DNA of 64,000 nucleotides from Tubulanus polymorphus (taxonomy: Eukaryota > Animalia > Nemertea). The notes beneath the pieces were generated by a model that saw nothing but the letters and a program-made list of their open reading frames with translations, did no database searches and had not been told where the DNA came from. The position numbers were made by a program, and so were the translations under genes. This document shows positions 47,901-62,900 of the stretch, in pieces (positions within the stretch are counted from its first letter, which is position 1; each line of letters opens with the position of its first letter). Location of the stretch: the NCBI RefSeq assembly GCF_964204645.1, contig NC_134033.1, forward strand, positions 6,888,555 to 6,952,554, in the 5' to 3' direction.

Positions 47901-50900
47901 CTTTTCTCGCGCTGAGCGACGTTTTCGCGTCGAAAAGTGCTTTTCCTGACGATTTGAGCGCTTTTACGCATCGACATTGTCGTTTTACCGATAGGGAGAA
48001 TATTCGACACGAAAACGTCTTTTCTCGCGCTGAACGACGTTTTCGCGTCGAAAAGCGCTTTTCCTGACGATTTGAGCGCTTTTACGCATCGACATTGTCG
48101 TTTTACCGATAGTGAGAATATTCGATACGAAAACGTCTTTTCTCGCGCTGAACGACGTTTTCGCGTCGAAAAGTGCTTTTCCTGACGATTTGAACGCTTT
48201 TACGCATCGACATTGTCGTTTTTCCGATAGGGGGAATATTCGAAAAGAAAACGTCTTTTCTCGCGCTGAACGACGTTTTCGCGTCGAAAAGTGCTTTTCC
48301 TGAAGATTTGAGCGCTTTTACGCATCGGCATTGTCGTTTTTCCGATAGGGGAAATATTCGATACGAAAACGTCTTTTCTCGCGCTGAACGACGTTTTCGC
48401 GTCGAAAAGTGCTTTTCCTGACGATTTGAACGCTTTTACGCATCGACATTGTCGTTTTTCCGATAGGGAGAATATTCGATACGAAAACGTCTTTTCTCGC
48501 GCTGAGCGACGTTTTCGCGTCGAAAAGTGCTTTTCCTGACGATTTGAGCGCTTTTACGCATCGACATTGTCGTTTTACCGATAGGGAGAATATTCGACAC
48601 GAAAACGTCTTTTCTCGCGCTGAACGACGTTTTCGCGTCGAAAAGCGCTTTTCCTGACGATTTGAACGCTTTTACGCATCGACATTGTCGTTTTTCCGAT
48701 AGGGAGAATATTCGATACGAAAACGTCTTTTCTCGCGCTGAGCGACGTTTTCGCGTCGAAAAGTGCTTTTCCTGACGATTTGAGCGCTTTTACGCATCGA
48801 CATTGTCGTTTTACCGATAGGGAGAATATTCGACACGAAAACGTCTTTTCTCGCGCTGAACGACGTTTTCGCGTCGAAAAGCGCTTTTCCTGACGATTTG
48901 AACGCTTTTACGCATCGACATTGTCGTTTTTCCGATAGGGAGAATATTCGATACGAAAACGTCTTTTCTCGCGCTGAGCGACGTTTTCGCGTCGAAAAGT
49001 GCTTTTCCTGACGATTTGAGCGCTTTTACGCATCGACATTGTCGTTTTACCGATAGGGAGAATATTCGACACGAAAACGTCTTTTCTCGCGCTGAACGAC
49101 GTTTTCGCGTCGAAAAGCGCTTTTCCTGACGATTTGAGCGCTTTTACGCATCGACATTGTCGTTTTACCGATAGTGAGAATATTCGATACGAAAACGTCT
49201 TTTCTCGCGCTGAACGACGTTTTCGCGTCGAAAAGTGCTTTTCCTGACGATTTGAACGCTTTTACGCATCGACATTGTCGTTTTTCCGATAGGGGGAATA
49301 TTCGAAAAGAAAACGTCTTTTCTCGCGCTGAACGACGTTTTCGCGTCGAAAAGCGCTTTTCCTGACGATTTGAGCGCTTTTACGCATCGGCATTGTCGTT
49401 TTTCCGATAGGGGGAATATTCGAAAAGAAAACGTCTTTTCTCGCGCTGAACGACGTTTTCGCGTCGAAAAGTGCTTTTCCTGACGATTTGAACGCTTTTA
49501 CGCATCGACATTGTCGTTTTACCGATAGGGAGAATATTCGACACGAAAACGTCTTTTCTCGCGCTGAACGACGTTTTCGCGTCGAAAAGTGCTTTTCCTG
49601 ACGATTTGAGCGCTTTTACGCATCGGCATTTTCGTTTTTCCGATAGGGGGATTATTCGAAAAGAAAACGTCTTTTCTCGCGCTGAACGACGTTTTCGCGT
49701 CGAAAAGTGCTTTTCCTGACGATTTGAGCGCTTTTACGCATCGGCATTGTCGTTTTTCCGATAGGGGAAATATTCGATACGAAAACGTCTTTTCTCGCGC
49801 TGAACGACGTTTTCGGGTCGAAAAGTGCTTTTCCTGACGATTTGAGCGCTTTTACGCATCGACATTGTCGTTTTACCGATAGTGAGAATATTCGATACGA
49901 AAACGTCTTTTCTCGCGCTGAACGACGTTTTCGCGTCGAAAAGCGCTTTTCCTGACGATTTGAGCGCTTTTACGCATCGGCATTTTCGTTTTTCCGATAG
50001 GGGGAATATTCGAAAAGAAAACGTCTTTTCTCGCGCTGGAACGACGTTTTCGCGTCGAAAAGCGCTTTTCCTGACGATTTGAGCGCTTTTACGCTTCGAC
50101 ATTGTCGTTTTACCGATAGGGAGAATATTCGACACGAAAACGTCTTTTCTCGCGCTGAACGACGTTTTCGCGTCGAAAAGCGCTTTTCCTGACGATTTGA
50201 GCGCTTTTACGCTTCGACATTGTCGTTTTACCGATAGGGAGAATATTCGACACGAAAACGTCTTTTCTCGCGCTGAACGACGTTTTCGCGTCGAAAAGCG
50301 CTTTTCCTGACGATTTGAGCGCTTTTACGCATCGACATTGTCGTTTTACCGATAGTGAGAATATTCGATACGAAAACGTCTTTTCTCGCGCTGAACGACG
50401 TTTTCGCGTCGAAAAGTGCTTTTCCTGACGATTTGAGCGATTTTACGCATCGACATTGTCGTTTTACCGATAGGGAGAATATTCGACACGAAAACGTCTT
50501 TTCTCGCGCTGAACGACGTTTTCGCGTCGAAAAGTGCTTTTCCTGACGATTTGAACGCTTTTACGCATCGACATTGTCGTTTTACCGATAGCGAGAATAT
50601 TCGATACGAAAACGTCTTTTCTCGCGCTGAACGACGTCTTCGCGTCGAAAAGTGCTTTTCCTGACGATTTGAACGCTTTTACGCATCGACATTGTCGTTT
50701 TTTTGATAGGGGGAATATTCGATACGAAAACGTCTTTTCTCGCGCTGAACGACGTTTTCGCGTCGAAAAGTGCTTTTCCTGACGATTTGAGCGCTTTTAC
50801 GTATCGACTTTGTCGTTTTTCCGATAGGGGGAATATTCGAAAAGAAAACGTCTTTTCTCGCGCTGAACGACGTTTTCGCGTCGAAAAGTGCTTTTCCTGA

Positions 50901-53900
50901 CGATTTGAGCGCTTTTACGCATCGACATTGTCGTTTTTCCGATAGGGAGAATATTCGATACGAAAACGTCTTTTCTCGCGCTGAACGACGTTTTCGCGTC
51001 GAAAAGTGCTTTTCCTGACGATTTGAACGCTTTTACGCATCGACATTGACGTTTTTGGGATAGGGGGAATATTCGATACGAAAACGTCTTTTCTCGCGCT
51101 GAACGACGTTTTCGCGTCGAAAAGTGCTTTTCCTGACGATTTGAGCGCTTTTACGTATCGACTTTGTCGTTTTTCCGATAGGGGGAATATTCGAAAAGAA
51201 AACGTCTTTTCTCGCGCTGAACGACGTTTTCGCGTCGAAAAGTGCTTTTCCTGACGATTTGAGCGCTTTTACGCATCGACATTGTCGTTTTACCGATAGG
51301 GAGAATATTCGACACGAAAACGTCTTTTCTCGCGCTGAACGACGTTTTCGCGTCGAAAAGTGCTTTTCCTGACGATTTGAGCGCTTTTACGCATCGACAT
51401 TGTCGTTTTACCGATAGTGAGAATATTCGATACGAAAACGTCTTTTCTCGCGCTGAACGACGTTTTCGCGTCGAAAAGTGCTTTTCCTGACGATTTGAGC
51501 GCTTTTACGCATCGACATTGTCGTTTTACCGATAGTGAGAATATTCGATACGAAAACGTCTTTTCTCGCGCTGAGCGACGTTTTCGCGTCGAAAAGTGCT
51601 TTTCCTGACGATTTGAGCGCTTTTACGCATCGACATTGTCGTTTTACCGATAGGGAGAATATTCGACACGAAAACGTCTTTTCTCGCGCTGAACGACGTT
51701 TTCGCGTCGAAAAGCGCTTTTCCTGACGATTTGAGCGCTTTTACGCATCGACATTGTCGTTTTACCGATAGTGAGAATATTCGATACGAAAACGTCTTTT
51801 CTCGCGCTGAACGACGTTTTCGCGTCGAAAAGTGCTTTTCCTGACGATTTGAACGCTTTTACGCATCGACATTGTCGTTTTTCCGATAGGGGGAATATTC
51901 GAAAAGAAAACGTCTTTTCTCGCGCTGAACGACGTTTTCGCGTCGAAAAGTGCTTTTCCTGACGATTTGAGCGCTTTTACGCATCGGCATTGTCGTTTTT
52001 CCGATAGGGGAAATATTCGATACGAAAACGTCTTTTCTCGCGCTGAACGACGTTTTCGCGTCGAAAAGTGCTTTTCCTGACGATTTGAACGCTTTTACGC
52101 ATCGACATTGTCGTTTTTCCGATAGGGAGAATATTCGATACGAAAACGTCTTTTCTCGCGCTGAGCGACGTTTTCGCGTCGAAAAGTGCTTTTCCTGACG
52201 ATTTGAGCGCTTTTACGCATCGACATTGTCGTTTTACCGATAGGGAGAATATTCGACACGAAAACGTCTTTTCTCGCGCTGAACGACGTTTTCGCGTCGA
52301 AAAGTGCTTTTCCTGACGATTTGAACGCTTTTACGCATCGACATTGTCGTTTTACCGATAGGGAGAATATTCGACACGAAAACGTCTTTTCTCGCGCTGA
52401 ACGACGTTTTCGCGTCGAAAAGCGCTTTTCCTGACGATTTGAGCGCTTTTACGCATCGGCATTGTCGTTTTTCCGATAGGGGGAATATTCGATAAGAAAA
52501 CGTCTTTTCTCGCGCTGAACGACGTTTTCGGTTCGAAAAGTGCTTTTCCTGACGATTTGAGCGCTTTTACGCATCGAAATTGTCGTTTTTCCGATAGGGG
52601 GAATATTCGATACGAAAACGTCTTTTCTCGCGCTGAACGACGTTTTCGCGTCGAAAAGTGCTTTTCCTGACGATTTGAGCGCTTTTACGCTTCGACATTG
52701 TCGTTTTACCGATAGGGAGAATATTCGACACGAAAACGTCTTTTCTCGCGCTGAACGACGTTTTCGCGTCGAAAAGCGCTTTTCCTGACGATTTGAGCGC
52801 TTTTACGCATCGACATTGTCGTTTTACCGATAGTGAGAATATTCGATACGAAAACGTCTTTTCTCGCGCTGAACGACGTTTTCGCGTCGAAAAGTGCTTT
52901 TCCTGACGATTTGAACGCTTTTACGCATCGACATTGTCGTTTTTCCGATAGGGGGAATATTCGAAAAGAAAACGTCTTTTCTCGCGCTGAACGACGTTTT
53001 CGCGTCGAAAAGTGCTTTTCCTGACGATTTGAGCGCTTTTACGCATCGGCATTGTCGTTTTTCCGATAGGGGAAATATTCGATACGAAAACGTCTTTTCT
53101 CGCGCTGAACGACGTTTTCGCGTCGAAAAGTGCTTTTCCTGACGATTTGAACGCTTTTACGCATCGACATTGTCGTTTTTCCGATAGGGAGAATATTCGA
53201 TACGAAAACGTCTTTTCTCGCGCTGAGCGACGTTTTCGCGTCGAAAAGTGCTTTTCCTGACGATTTGAGCGCTTTTACGCATCGACATTGTCGTTTTACC
53301 GATAGGGAGAATATTCGACACGAAAACGTCTTTTCTCGCGCTGAACGACGTTTTCGCGTCGAAAAGTGCTTTTCCTGACGATTTGAACGCTTTTACGCAT
53401 CGACATTGTCGTTTTTCCGATAGGGAGAATATTCGATACGAAAACGTCTTTTCTCGCGCTGAGCGACGTTTTCGCGTCGAAAAGTGCTTTTCCTGACGAT
53501 TTGAGCGCTTTTACGCATCGACATTGTCGTTTTACCGATAGGGAGAATATTCGACACGAAAACGTCTTTTCTCGCGCTGAACGACGTTTTCGCGTCGAAA
53601 AGCGCTTTTCCTGACGATTTGAGCGCTTTTACGCATCGACATTGTCGTTTTACCGATAGTGAGAATATTCGATACGAAAACGTCTTTTCTCGCGCTGAAC
53701 GACGTTTTCGCGTCGAAAAGTGCTTTTCCTGACGATTTGAACGCTTTTACGCATCGACATTGTCGTTTTTCCGATAGGGAGAATATTCGATACGAAAACG
53801 TCTTTTCTCGCGCTGAACGACGTTTTCGCGTCGAAAAGTGCTTTTCCTGACGATTTGAACGCTTTTACGCATCGACATTGACGTTTTTGGGATAGGGGGA

Positions 53901-56900
53901 ATATTCGATACGAAAACGTCTTTTCTCGCGCTGAACGACGTTTTCGCGTCGAAAAGTGCTTTTCCTGACGATTTGAGCGCTTTTACGTATCGACTTTGTC
54001 GTTTTTCCGATAGGGGGAATATTCGAAAAGAAAACGTCTTTTCTCGCGCTGAACGACGTTTTCGCGTCGAAAAGTGCTTTTCCTGACGATTTGAGCGCTT
54101 TTACGCATCGACATTGTCGTTTTACCGATAGGGAGAATATTCGACACGAAAACGTCTTTTCTCGCGCTGAACGACGTTTTCGCGTCGAAAAGTGCTTTTC
54201 CTGACGATTTGAGCGCTTTTACGCATCGACATTGTCGTTTTACCGATAGTGAGAATATTCGATACGAAAACGTCTTTTCTCGCGCTGAACGACGTTTTCG
54301 CGTCGAAAAGTGCTTTTCCTGACGATTTGAGCGCTTTTACGCATCGACATTGTCGTTTTACCGATAGTGAGAATATTCGATACGAAAACGTCTTTTCTCG
54401 CGCTGAGCGACGTTTTCGCGTCGAAAAGTGCTTTTCCTGACGATTTGAGCGCTTTTACGCATCGACATTGTCGTTTTACCGATAGGGAGAATATTCGACA
54501 CGAAAACGTCTTTTCTCGCGCTGAACGACGTTTTCGCGTCGAAAAGCGCTTTTCCTGACGATTTGAGCGCTTTTACGCATCGACATTGTCGTTTTACCGA
54601 TAGTGAGAATATTCGATACGAAAACGTCTTTTCTCGCGCTGAACGACGTTTTCGCGTCGAAAAGTGCTTTTCCTGACGATTTGAACGCTTTTACGCATCG
54701 ACATTGTCGTTTTTCCGATAGGGGGAATATTCGAAAAGAAAACTTCTTTTCTCGCGCTGAACGACGTTTTCGCGTCGAAAAGTGCTTTTCCTGACGATTT
54801 GAGCGCTTTTACGCATCGGCATTGTCGTTTTTCCGATAGGGGAAATATTCGATACGAAAACGTCTTTTCTCGCGCTGAACGACGTTTTCGCGTCGAAAAG
54901 TGCTTTTCCTGACGATTTGAACGCTTTTACGCATCGACATTGTCGTTTTTCCGATAGGGAGAATATTCGATACGAAAACGTCTTTTCTCGCGCTGAGCGA
55001 CGTTTTCGCGTCGAAAAGTGCTTTTCCTGACGATTTGAGCGCTTTTACGCATCGACATTGTCGTTTTACCGATAGGGAGAATATTCGACACGAAAACGTC
55101 TTTTCTCGCGCTGAACGACGTTTTCGCGTCGAAAAGTGCTTTTCCTGACGATTTGAACGCTTTTACGCATCGACATTGTCGTTTTACCGATAGGGAGAAT
55201 ATTCGACACGAAAACGTCTTTTCTCGCGCTGAACGACGTTTTCGCGTCGAAAAGCGCTTTTCCTGACGATTTGAGCGCTTTTACGCATCGGCATTGTCGT
55301 TTTTCCGATAGGGGGAATATTCGATAAGAAAACGTCTTTTCTCGCGCTGAACGACGTTTTCGGTTCGAAAAGTGCTTTTCCTGACGATTTGAGCGCTTTT
55401 ACGCATCGAAATTGTCGTTTTTCCGATAGGGGGAATATTCGATACGAAAACGTCTTTTCTCGCGCTGAACGACGTTTTCGCGTCGAAAAGTGCTTTTCCT
55501 GACGATTTGAGCGCTTTTACGCTTCGACATTGTCGTTTTACCGATAGGGAGAATATTCGACACGAAAACGTCTTTTCTCGCGCTGAACGACGTTTTCGCG
55601 TCGAAAAGCGCTTTTCCTGACGATTTGAGCGCTTTTACGCATCGACATTGTCGTTTTACCGATAGTGAGAATATTCGATACGAAAACGTCTTTTCTCGCG
55701 CTGAACGACGTTTTCGCGTCGAAAAGTGCTTTTCCTGACGATTTGAGCGATTTTACGCATCGACATTGTCGTTTTACCGATAGCGAGAATATTCGATACG
55801 AAAACGTCTTTTCTCGCGCTGAACGACGTCTTCGCGTCGAAAAGTGCTTTTCCTGACGATTTGAACGCTTTTACGCATCGACATTGTCGTTTTTTTGATA
55901 GGGGGAATATTCGATACGAAAACGTCTTTTCTCGCGCTGAACGACGTTTTCGCGTCGAAAAGTGCTTTTCCTGACGATTTGAGCGCTTTTACGTATCGAC
56001 TTTGTCGTTTTTCCGATAGGGGGAATATTCGAAAAGAAAACGTCTTTTCTCGCGCTGAACGACGTTTTCGCGTCGAAAAGTGCTTTTCCTGACGATTTGA
56101 GCGCTTTTACGCATCGACATTGTCGTTTTACCGATAGTGAGAATATTCGATACGAAAACGTCTTTTCTCGCGCTGAACGACGTTTTCGCGTCGAAAAGTG
56201 CTTTTCCTGACGATTTGAACGCTTTTACGCATCGACATTGTCGTTTTTCCGATAGGGGGAATATTCGAAAAGAAAACTTCTTTTCTCGCGCTGAACGACG
56301 TTTTCGCGTCGAAAAGTGCTTTTCCTGACGATTTGAGCGCTTTTACGCATCGGCATTGTCGTTTTTCCGATAGGGGAAATATTCGATACGAAAACGTCTT
56401 TTCTCGCGCTGAACGACGTTTTCGCGTCGAAAAGTGCTTTTCCTGACGATTTGGACGCTTTTACGCATCGACATTGTCGTTTTTCCGATAGGGAGAATAT
56501 TCGATACGAAAACGTCTTTTCTCGCGCTGAGCGACGTTTTCGCGTCGAAAAGTGCTTTTCCTGACGATTTGAGCGCTTTTACGCATCGACATTGTCGTTT
56601 TACCGATAGGGAGAATATTCGACACGAAAACGTCTTTTCTCGCGCTGAACGACGTTTTCGCGTCGAAAAGTGCTTTTCCTGACGATTTGAACGCTTTTAC
56701 GCATCGACATTGTCGTTTTACCGATAGGGAGAATATTCGACACGAAAACGTCTTTTCTCGCGCTGAACGACGTTTTCGCGTCGAAAAGCGCTTTTCCTGA
56801 CGATTTGAGCGCTTTTACGCATCGGCATTGTCGTTTTTCCGATAGGGGGAATATTCGATAAGAAAACGTCTTTTCTCGCGCTGAACGACGTTTTCGGTTC

Positions 56901-59900
56901 GAAAAGTGCTTTTCCTGACGATTTGAGCGCTTTTACGCATCGAAATTGTCGTTTTTCCGATAGGGGGAATATTCGATACGAAAACGTCTTTTCTCGCGCT
57001 GAACGACGTTTTCGCGTCGAAAAGTGCTTTTCCTGACGATTTGAGCGCTTTTACGCTTCGACATTGTCGTTTTACCGATAGGGAGAATATTCGACACGAA
57101 AACGTCTTTTCTCGCGCTGAACGACGTTTTCGCGTCGAAAAGCGCTTTTCCTGACGATTTGAGCGCTTTTACGCATCGGCATTGTCGTTTTTCCGATAGG
57201 GGGAATATTCGATAAGAAAACGTCTTTTCTCGCGCTGAACGACGTTTTCGGTTCGAAAAGTGCTTTTCCTGACGATTTGAGCGCTTTTACGCATCGAAAT
57301 TGTCGTTTTTCCGATAGGGGGAATATTCGATACGAAAACGTCTTTTCTCGCGCTGAACGACGTTTTCGCGTCGAAAAGTGCTTTTCCTGACGATTTGAGC
57401 GCTTTTACGCTTCGACATTGTCGTTTTACCGATAGGGAGAATATTCGACACGAAAACGTCTTTTCTCGCGCTGAACGACGTTTTCGCGTCGAAAAGCGCT
57501 TTTCCTGACGATTTGAGCGCTTTTACGCATCGACATTGTCGTTTTACCGATAGTGAGAATATTCGATACGAAAACGTCTTTTCTCGCGCTGAACGACGTT
57601 TTCGCGTCGAAAAGTGCTTTTCCTGACGATTTGAGCGATTTTACGCATCGACATTGTCGTTTTACCGATAGGGAGAATATTCGACACGAAAACGTCTTTT
57701 CTCGCGCTGAACGACGTTTTCGCGTCGAAAAGTGCTTTTCCTGACGATTTGAACGCTTTTACGCATCGACATTGTCGTTTTACCGATAGCGAGAATATTC
57801 GATACGAAAACGTCTTTTCTCGCGCTGAACGACGTCTTCGCGTCGAAAAGTGCTTTTCCTGACGATTTGAACGCTTTTACGCATCGACATTGTCGTTTTT
57901 TTGATAGGGGGAATATTCGATACGAAAACGTCTTTTCTCGCGCTGAACGACGTTTTCGCGTCGAAAAGTGCTTTTCCTGACGATTTGAGCGCTTTTACGT
58001 ATCGACTTTGTCGTTTTTCCGATAGGGGGAATATTCGAAAAGAAAACGTCTTTTCTCGCGCTGAACGACGTTTTCGCGTCGAAAAGTGCTTTTCCTGACG
58101 ATTTGAGCGCTTTTACGCATCGACATTGTCGTTTTACCGATAGGGAGAATATTCGACACGAAAACGTCTTTTCTCGCGCTGAACGACGTTTTCGCGTCGA
58201 AAAGTGCTTTTCCTGACGATTTGAGCGCTTTTACGCATCGACATTGTCGTTTTACCGATAGTGAGAATATTCGATACGAAAACGTCTTTTCTCGCGCTGA
58301 ACGACGTTTTCGCGTCGAAAAGTGCTTTTCCTGACGATTTGAGCGCTTTTACGCATCGACATTGTCGTTTTACCGATAGTGAGAATATTCGATACGAAAA
58401 CGTCTTTTCTCGCGCTGAGCGACGTTTTCGCGTCGAAAAGTGCTTTTCCTGACGATTTGAGCGCTTTTACGCATCGACATTGTCGTTTTACCGATAGGGA
58501 GAATATTCGACACGAAAACGTCTTTTCTCGCGCTGAACGACGTTTTCGCGTCGAAAAGCGCTTTTCCTGACGATTTGAGCGCTTTTACGCATCGACATTG
58601 TCGTTTTACCGATAGTGAGAATATTCGATACGAAAACGTCTTTTCTCGCGCTGAACGACGTTTTCGCGTCGAAAAGTGCTTTTCCTGACGATTTGAACGC
58701 TTTTACGCATCGACATTGTCGTTTTTCCGATAGGGGGAATATTCGAAAAGAAAACGTCTTTTCTCGCGCTGAACGACGTTTTCGCGTCGAAAAGTGCTTT
58801 TCCTGACGATTTGAGCGCTTTTACGCATCGGCATTGTCGTTTTTCCGATAGGGGAAATATTCGATACGAAAACGTCTTTTCTCGCGCTGAACGACGTTTT
58901 CGCGTCGAAAAGTGCTTTTCCTGACGATTTGAACGCTTTTACGCATCGACATTGTCGTTTTTCCGATAGGGAGAATATTCGATACGAAAACGTCTTTTCT
59001 CGCGCTGAGCGACGTTTTCGCGTCGAAAAGTGCTTTTCCTGACGATTTGAGCGCTTTTACGCATCGACATTGTCGTTTTACCGATAGGGAGAATATTCGA
59101 CACGAAAACGTCTTTTCTCGCGCTGAACGACGTTTTCGCGTCGAAAAGCGCTTTTCCTGACGATTTGAACGCTTTTACGCATCGACATTGTCGTTTTTCC
59201 GATAGGGAGAATATTCGATACGAAAACGTCTTTTCTCGCGCTGAGCGACGTTTTCGCGTCGAAAAGTGCTTTTCCTGACGATTTGAGCGCTTTTACGCAT
59301 CGACATTGTCGTTTTACCGATAGGGAGAATATTCGACACGAAAACGTCTTTTCTCGCGCTGAACGACGTTTTCGCGTCGAAAAGCGCTTTTCCTGACGAT
59401 TTGAACGCTTTTACGCATCGACATTGTCGTTTTTCCGATAGGGAGAATATTCGATACGAAAACGTCTTTTCTCGCGCTGAGCGACGTTTTCGCGTCGAAA
59501 AGTGCTTTTCCTGACGATTTGAGCGCTTTTACGCATCGACATTGTCGTTTTACCGATAGGGAGAATATTCGACACGAAAACGTCTTTTCTCGCGCTGAAC
59601 GACGTTTTCGCGTCGAAAAGCGCTTTTCCTGACGATTTGAGCGCTTTTACGCATCGACATTGTCGTTTTACCGATAGTGAGAATATTCGATACGAAAACG
59701 TCTTTTCTCGCGCTGAACGACGTTTTCGCGTCGAAAAGTGCTTTTCCTGACGATTTGAACGCTTTTACGCATCGACATTGTCGTTTTTCCGATAGGGGGA
59801 ATATTCGAAAAGAAAACGTCTTTTCTCGCGCTGAACGACGTTTTCGCGTCGAAAAGCGCTTTTCCTGACGATTTGAGCGCTTTTACGCATCGGCATTGTC

Positions 59901-62900
59901 GTTTTTCCGATAGGGGGAATATTCGAAAAGAAAACGTCTTTTCTCGCGCTGAACGACGTTTTCGCGTCGAAAAGTGCTTTTCCTGACGATTTGAACGCTT
60001 TTACGCATCGACATTGTCGTTTTACCGATAGGGAGAATATTCGACACGAAAACGTCTTTTCTCGCGCTGAACGACGTTTTCGCGTCGAAAAGTGCTTTTC
60101 CTGACGATTTGAGCGCTTTTACGCATCGGCATTTTCGTTTTTCCGATAGGGGGATTATTCGAAAAGAAAACGTCTTTTCTCGCGCTGAACGACGTTTTCG
60201 CGTCGAAAAGTGCTTTTCCTGACGATTTGAGCGCTTTTACGCATCGGCATTGTCGTTTTTCCGATAGGGGAAATATTCGATACGAAAACGTCTTTTCTCG
60301 CGCTGAACGACGTTTTCGGGTCGAAAAGTGCTTTTCCTGACGATTTGAGCGCTTTTACGCATCGACATTGTCGTTTTACCGATAGTGAGAATATTCGATA
60401 CGAAAACGTCTTTTCTCGCGCTGAACGACGTTTTCGCGTCGAAAAGCGCTTTTCCTGACGATTTGAGCGCTTTTACGCATCGGCATTTTCGTTTTTCCGA
60501 TAGGGGGAATATTCGAAAAGAAAACGTCTTTTCTCGCGCTGGAACGACGTTTTCGCGTCGAAAAGCGCTTTTCCTGACGATTTGAGCGCTTTTACGCTTC
60601 GACATTGTCGTTTTACCGATAGGGAGAATATTCGACACGAAAACGTCTTTTCTCGCGCTGAACGACGTTTTCGCGTCGAAAAGCGCTTTTCCTGACGATT
60701 TGAGCGCTTTTACGCTTCGACATTGTCGTTTTACCGATAGGGAGAATATTCGACACGAAAACGTCTTTTCTCGCGCTGAACGACGTTTTCGCGTCGAAAA
60801 GCGCTTTTCCTGACGATTTGAGCGCTTTTACGCATCGACATTGTCGTTTTACCGATAGTGAGAATATTCGATACGAAAACGTCTTTTCTCGCGCTGAACG
60901 ACGTTTTCGCGTCGAAAAGTGCTTTTCCTGACGATTTGAGCGATTTTACGCATCGACATTGTCGTTTTACCGATAGGGAGAATATTCGACACGAAAACGT
61001 CTTTTCTCGCGCTGAACGACGTTTTCGCGTCGAAAAGTGCTTTTCCTGACGATTTGAACGCTTTTACGCATCGACATTGTCGTTTTACCGATAGCGAGAA
61101 TATTCGATACGAAAACGTCTTTTCTCGCGCTGAACGACGTCTTCGCGTCGAAAAGTGCTTTTCCTGACGATTTGAACGCTTTTACGCATCGACATTGTCG
61201 TTTTTTTGATAGGGGGAATATTCGATACGAAAACGTCTTTTCTCGCGCTGAACGACGTTTTCGCGTCGAAAAGTGCTTTTCCTGACGATTTGAGCGCTTT
61301 TACGTATCGACTTTGTCGTTTTTCCGATAGGGGGAATATTCGAAAAGAAAACGTCTTTTCTCGCGCTGAACGACGTTTTCGCGTCGAAAAGTGCTTTTCC
61401 TGACGATTTGAGCGCTTTTACGCATCGACATTGTCGTTTTTCCGATAGGGAGAATATTCGATACGAAAACGTCTTTTCTCGCGCTGAACGACGTTTTCGC
61501 GTCGAAAAGTGCTTTTCCTGACGATTTGAACGCTTTTACGCATCGACATTGACGTTTTTGGGATAGGGGGAATATTCGATACGAAAACGTCTTTTCTCGC
61601 GCTGAACGACGTTTTCGCGTCGAAAAGTGCTTTTCCTGACGATTTGAGCGCTTTTACGTATCGACTTTGTCGTTTTTCCGATAGGGGGAATATTCGAAAA
61701 GAAAACGTCTTTTCTCGCGCTGAACGACGTTTTCGCGTCGAAAAGTGCTTTTCCTGACGATTTGAGCGCTTTTACGCATCGACATTGTCGTTTTACCGAT
61801 AGGGAGAATATTCGACACGAAAACGTCTTTTCTCGCGCTGAACGACGTTTTCGCGTCGAAAAGTGCTTTTCCTGACGATTTGAGCGCTTTTACGCATCGA
61901 CATTGTCGTTTTACCGATAGTGAGAATATTCGATACGAAAACGTCTTTTCTCGCGCTGAACGACGTTTTCGCGTCGAAAAGTGCTTTTCCTGACGATTTG
62001 AGCGCTTTTACGCATCGACATTGTCGTTTTACCGATAGTGAGAATATTCGATACGAAAACGTCTTTTCTCGCGCTGAGCGACGTTTTCGCGTCGAAAAGT
62101 GCTTTTCCTGACGATTTGAGCGCTTTTACGCATCGACATTGTCGTTTTACCGATAGGGAGAATATTCGACACGAAAACGTCTTTTCTCGCGCTGAACGAC
62201 GTTTTCGCGTCGAAAAGCGCTTTTCCTGACGATTTGAGCGCTTTTACGCATCGACATTGTCGTTTTACCGATAGTGAGAATATTCGATACGAAAACGTCT
62301 TTTCTCGCGCTGAACGACGTTTTCGCGTCGAAAAGTGCTTTTCCTGACGATTTGAACGCTTTTACGCATCGACATTGTCGTTTTTCCGATAGGGGGAATA
62401 TTCGAAAAGAAAACGTCTTTTCTCGCGCTGAACGACGTTTTCGCGTCGAAAAGTGCTTTTCCTGACGATTTGAGCGCTTTTACGCATCGGCATTGTCGTT
62501 TTTCCGATAGGGGAAATATTCGATACGAAAACGTCTTTTCTCGCGCTGAACGACGTTTTCGCGTCGAAAAGTGCTTTTCCTGACGATTTGAACGCTTTTA
62601 CGCATCGACATTGTCGTTTTTCCGATAGGGAGAATATTCGATACGAAAACGTCTTTTCTCGCGCTGAGCGACGTTTTCGCGTCGAAAAGTGCTTTTCCTG
62701 ACGATTTGAGCGCTTTTACGCATCGACATTGTCGTTTTACCGATAGGGAGAATATTCGACACGAAAACGTCTTTTCTCGCGCTGAACGACGTTTTCGCGT
62801 CGAAAAGTGCTTTTCCTGACGATTTGAACGCTTTTACGCATCGACATTGTCGTTTTACCGATAGGGAGAATATTCGACACGAAAACGTCTTTTCTCGCGC